DNA of 4,548 nucleotides from a virus (Duplodnaviria; Heunggongvirae; Uroviricota; Caudoviricetes): IMG/VR virus record IMGVR_UViG_2703718824_000007, positions 1 to 4,548 of that record; one strand, 5' to 3'. Shown piece by piece: positions 4,405 to 4,548 of this stretch (position 1 is its first letter; each line of letters starts with the position of its first letter). The notes under the pieces were generated by a model. It saw only the letters and a program-made list of their open reading frames with translations, ran no database searches and was not told where the DNA came from. The position numbers and the translations under genes were made by a program.

Positions 4405-4548
4405 GGGATTTTCTCGTTGAAAGGGGTTATTAAGGAGTAATGGGCTCTTCGGGTTTGCTTCCGGCTGACTGACTGGCGCTGATTTTCTCTGCGGCCCTTT
4501 TATCAATCTGCCTGCGCCAGCAATCGCGCACTGCCCTGTACCCACCCG

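Noticed and set aside
4013..4420. Plus-strand ORFs 4013-4195, 4182-4382 and 4214-4420
   Set aside because: Antisense to the acidic ORF and holin start region; Ser/Ala/Arg-rich translations; no ribosome-binding sites.
4405..4545. N-terminal extension of the acidic ORF to a GTG at 4545 (137-aa version)
   Set aside because: The extension uses rare codons (AGA, ATA, CTC, CTT) and is Pro/Gly-rich, in contrast to good codon usage after ATG 4404; the frame is simply open to the window edge. I cannot fully exclude a longer protein.
4405..4548. Late promoter pR' or Q-utilisation site at the upstream window edge
   Set aside because: Only weak -35/-10 candidates (TTGCTG then TGATAAAAG with sub-optimal spacing); the Q gene and real promoter probably lie beyond the window.
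1..4548. CRISPR arrays, insertion-sequence ends, rRNA genes
   Set aside because: No regularly spaced direct repeats, no terminal inverted repeats flanking a transposase-like ORF, and no rRNA-like sequence observed.

Overview
All well-supported genes in this 4.5 kb window are on the minus strand and form the late/lysis region of a lambdoid (phage 21-like) enterobacterial prophage. Reading in the direction of transcription (high to low coordinates): a small very acidic ORF, a candidate intrinsic terminator, a class II pinholin (S21-like), an uncharacterised 185-aa ORF wedged between holin and endolysin, a SAR endolysin (R21-like), a 274-bp structured intergenic region, an antirepressor-like protein, a 49-aa hydrophobic ORF absent from the ORF track, a Dam-family DNA methyltransferase, the embedded spanin pair Rz/Rz1, and a 74-aa ORF coupled to Rz. 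The lysis genes themselves are textbook. What deserves attention is the accessory cargo interleaved with them: the 185-aa ORF, the ~1.9 kb block (antirepressor-like, small membrane ORF, methyltransferase) separating the endolysin from its spanins, the 74-aa ORF and the acidic ORF. None of these could I assign a function to. All family assignments are from reading the translations and from memory of reference sequences; no search or alignment was run.
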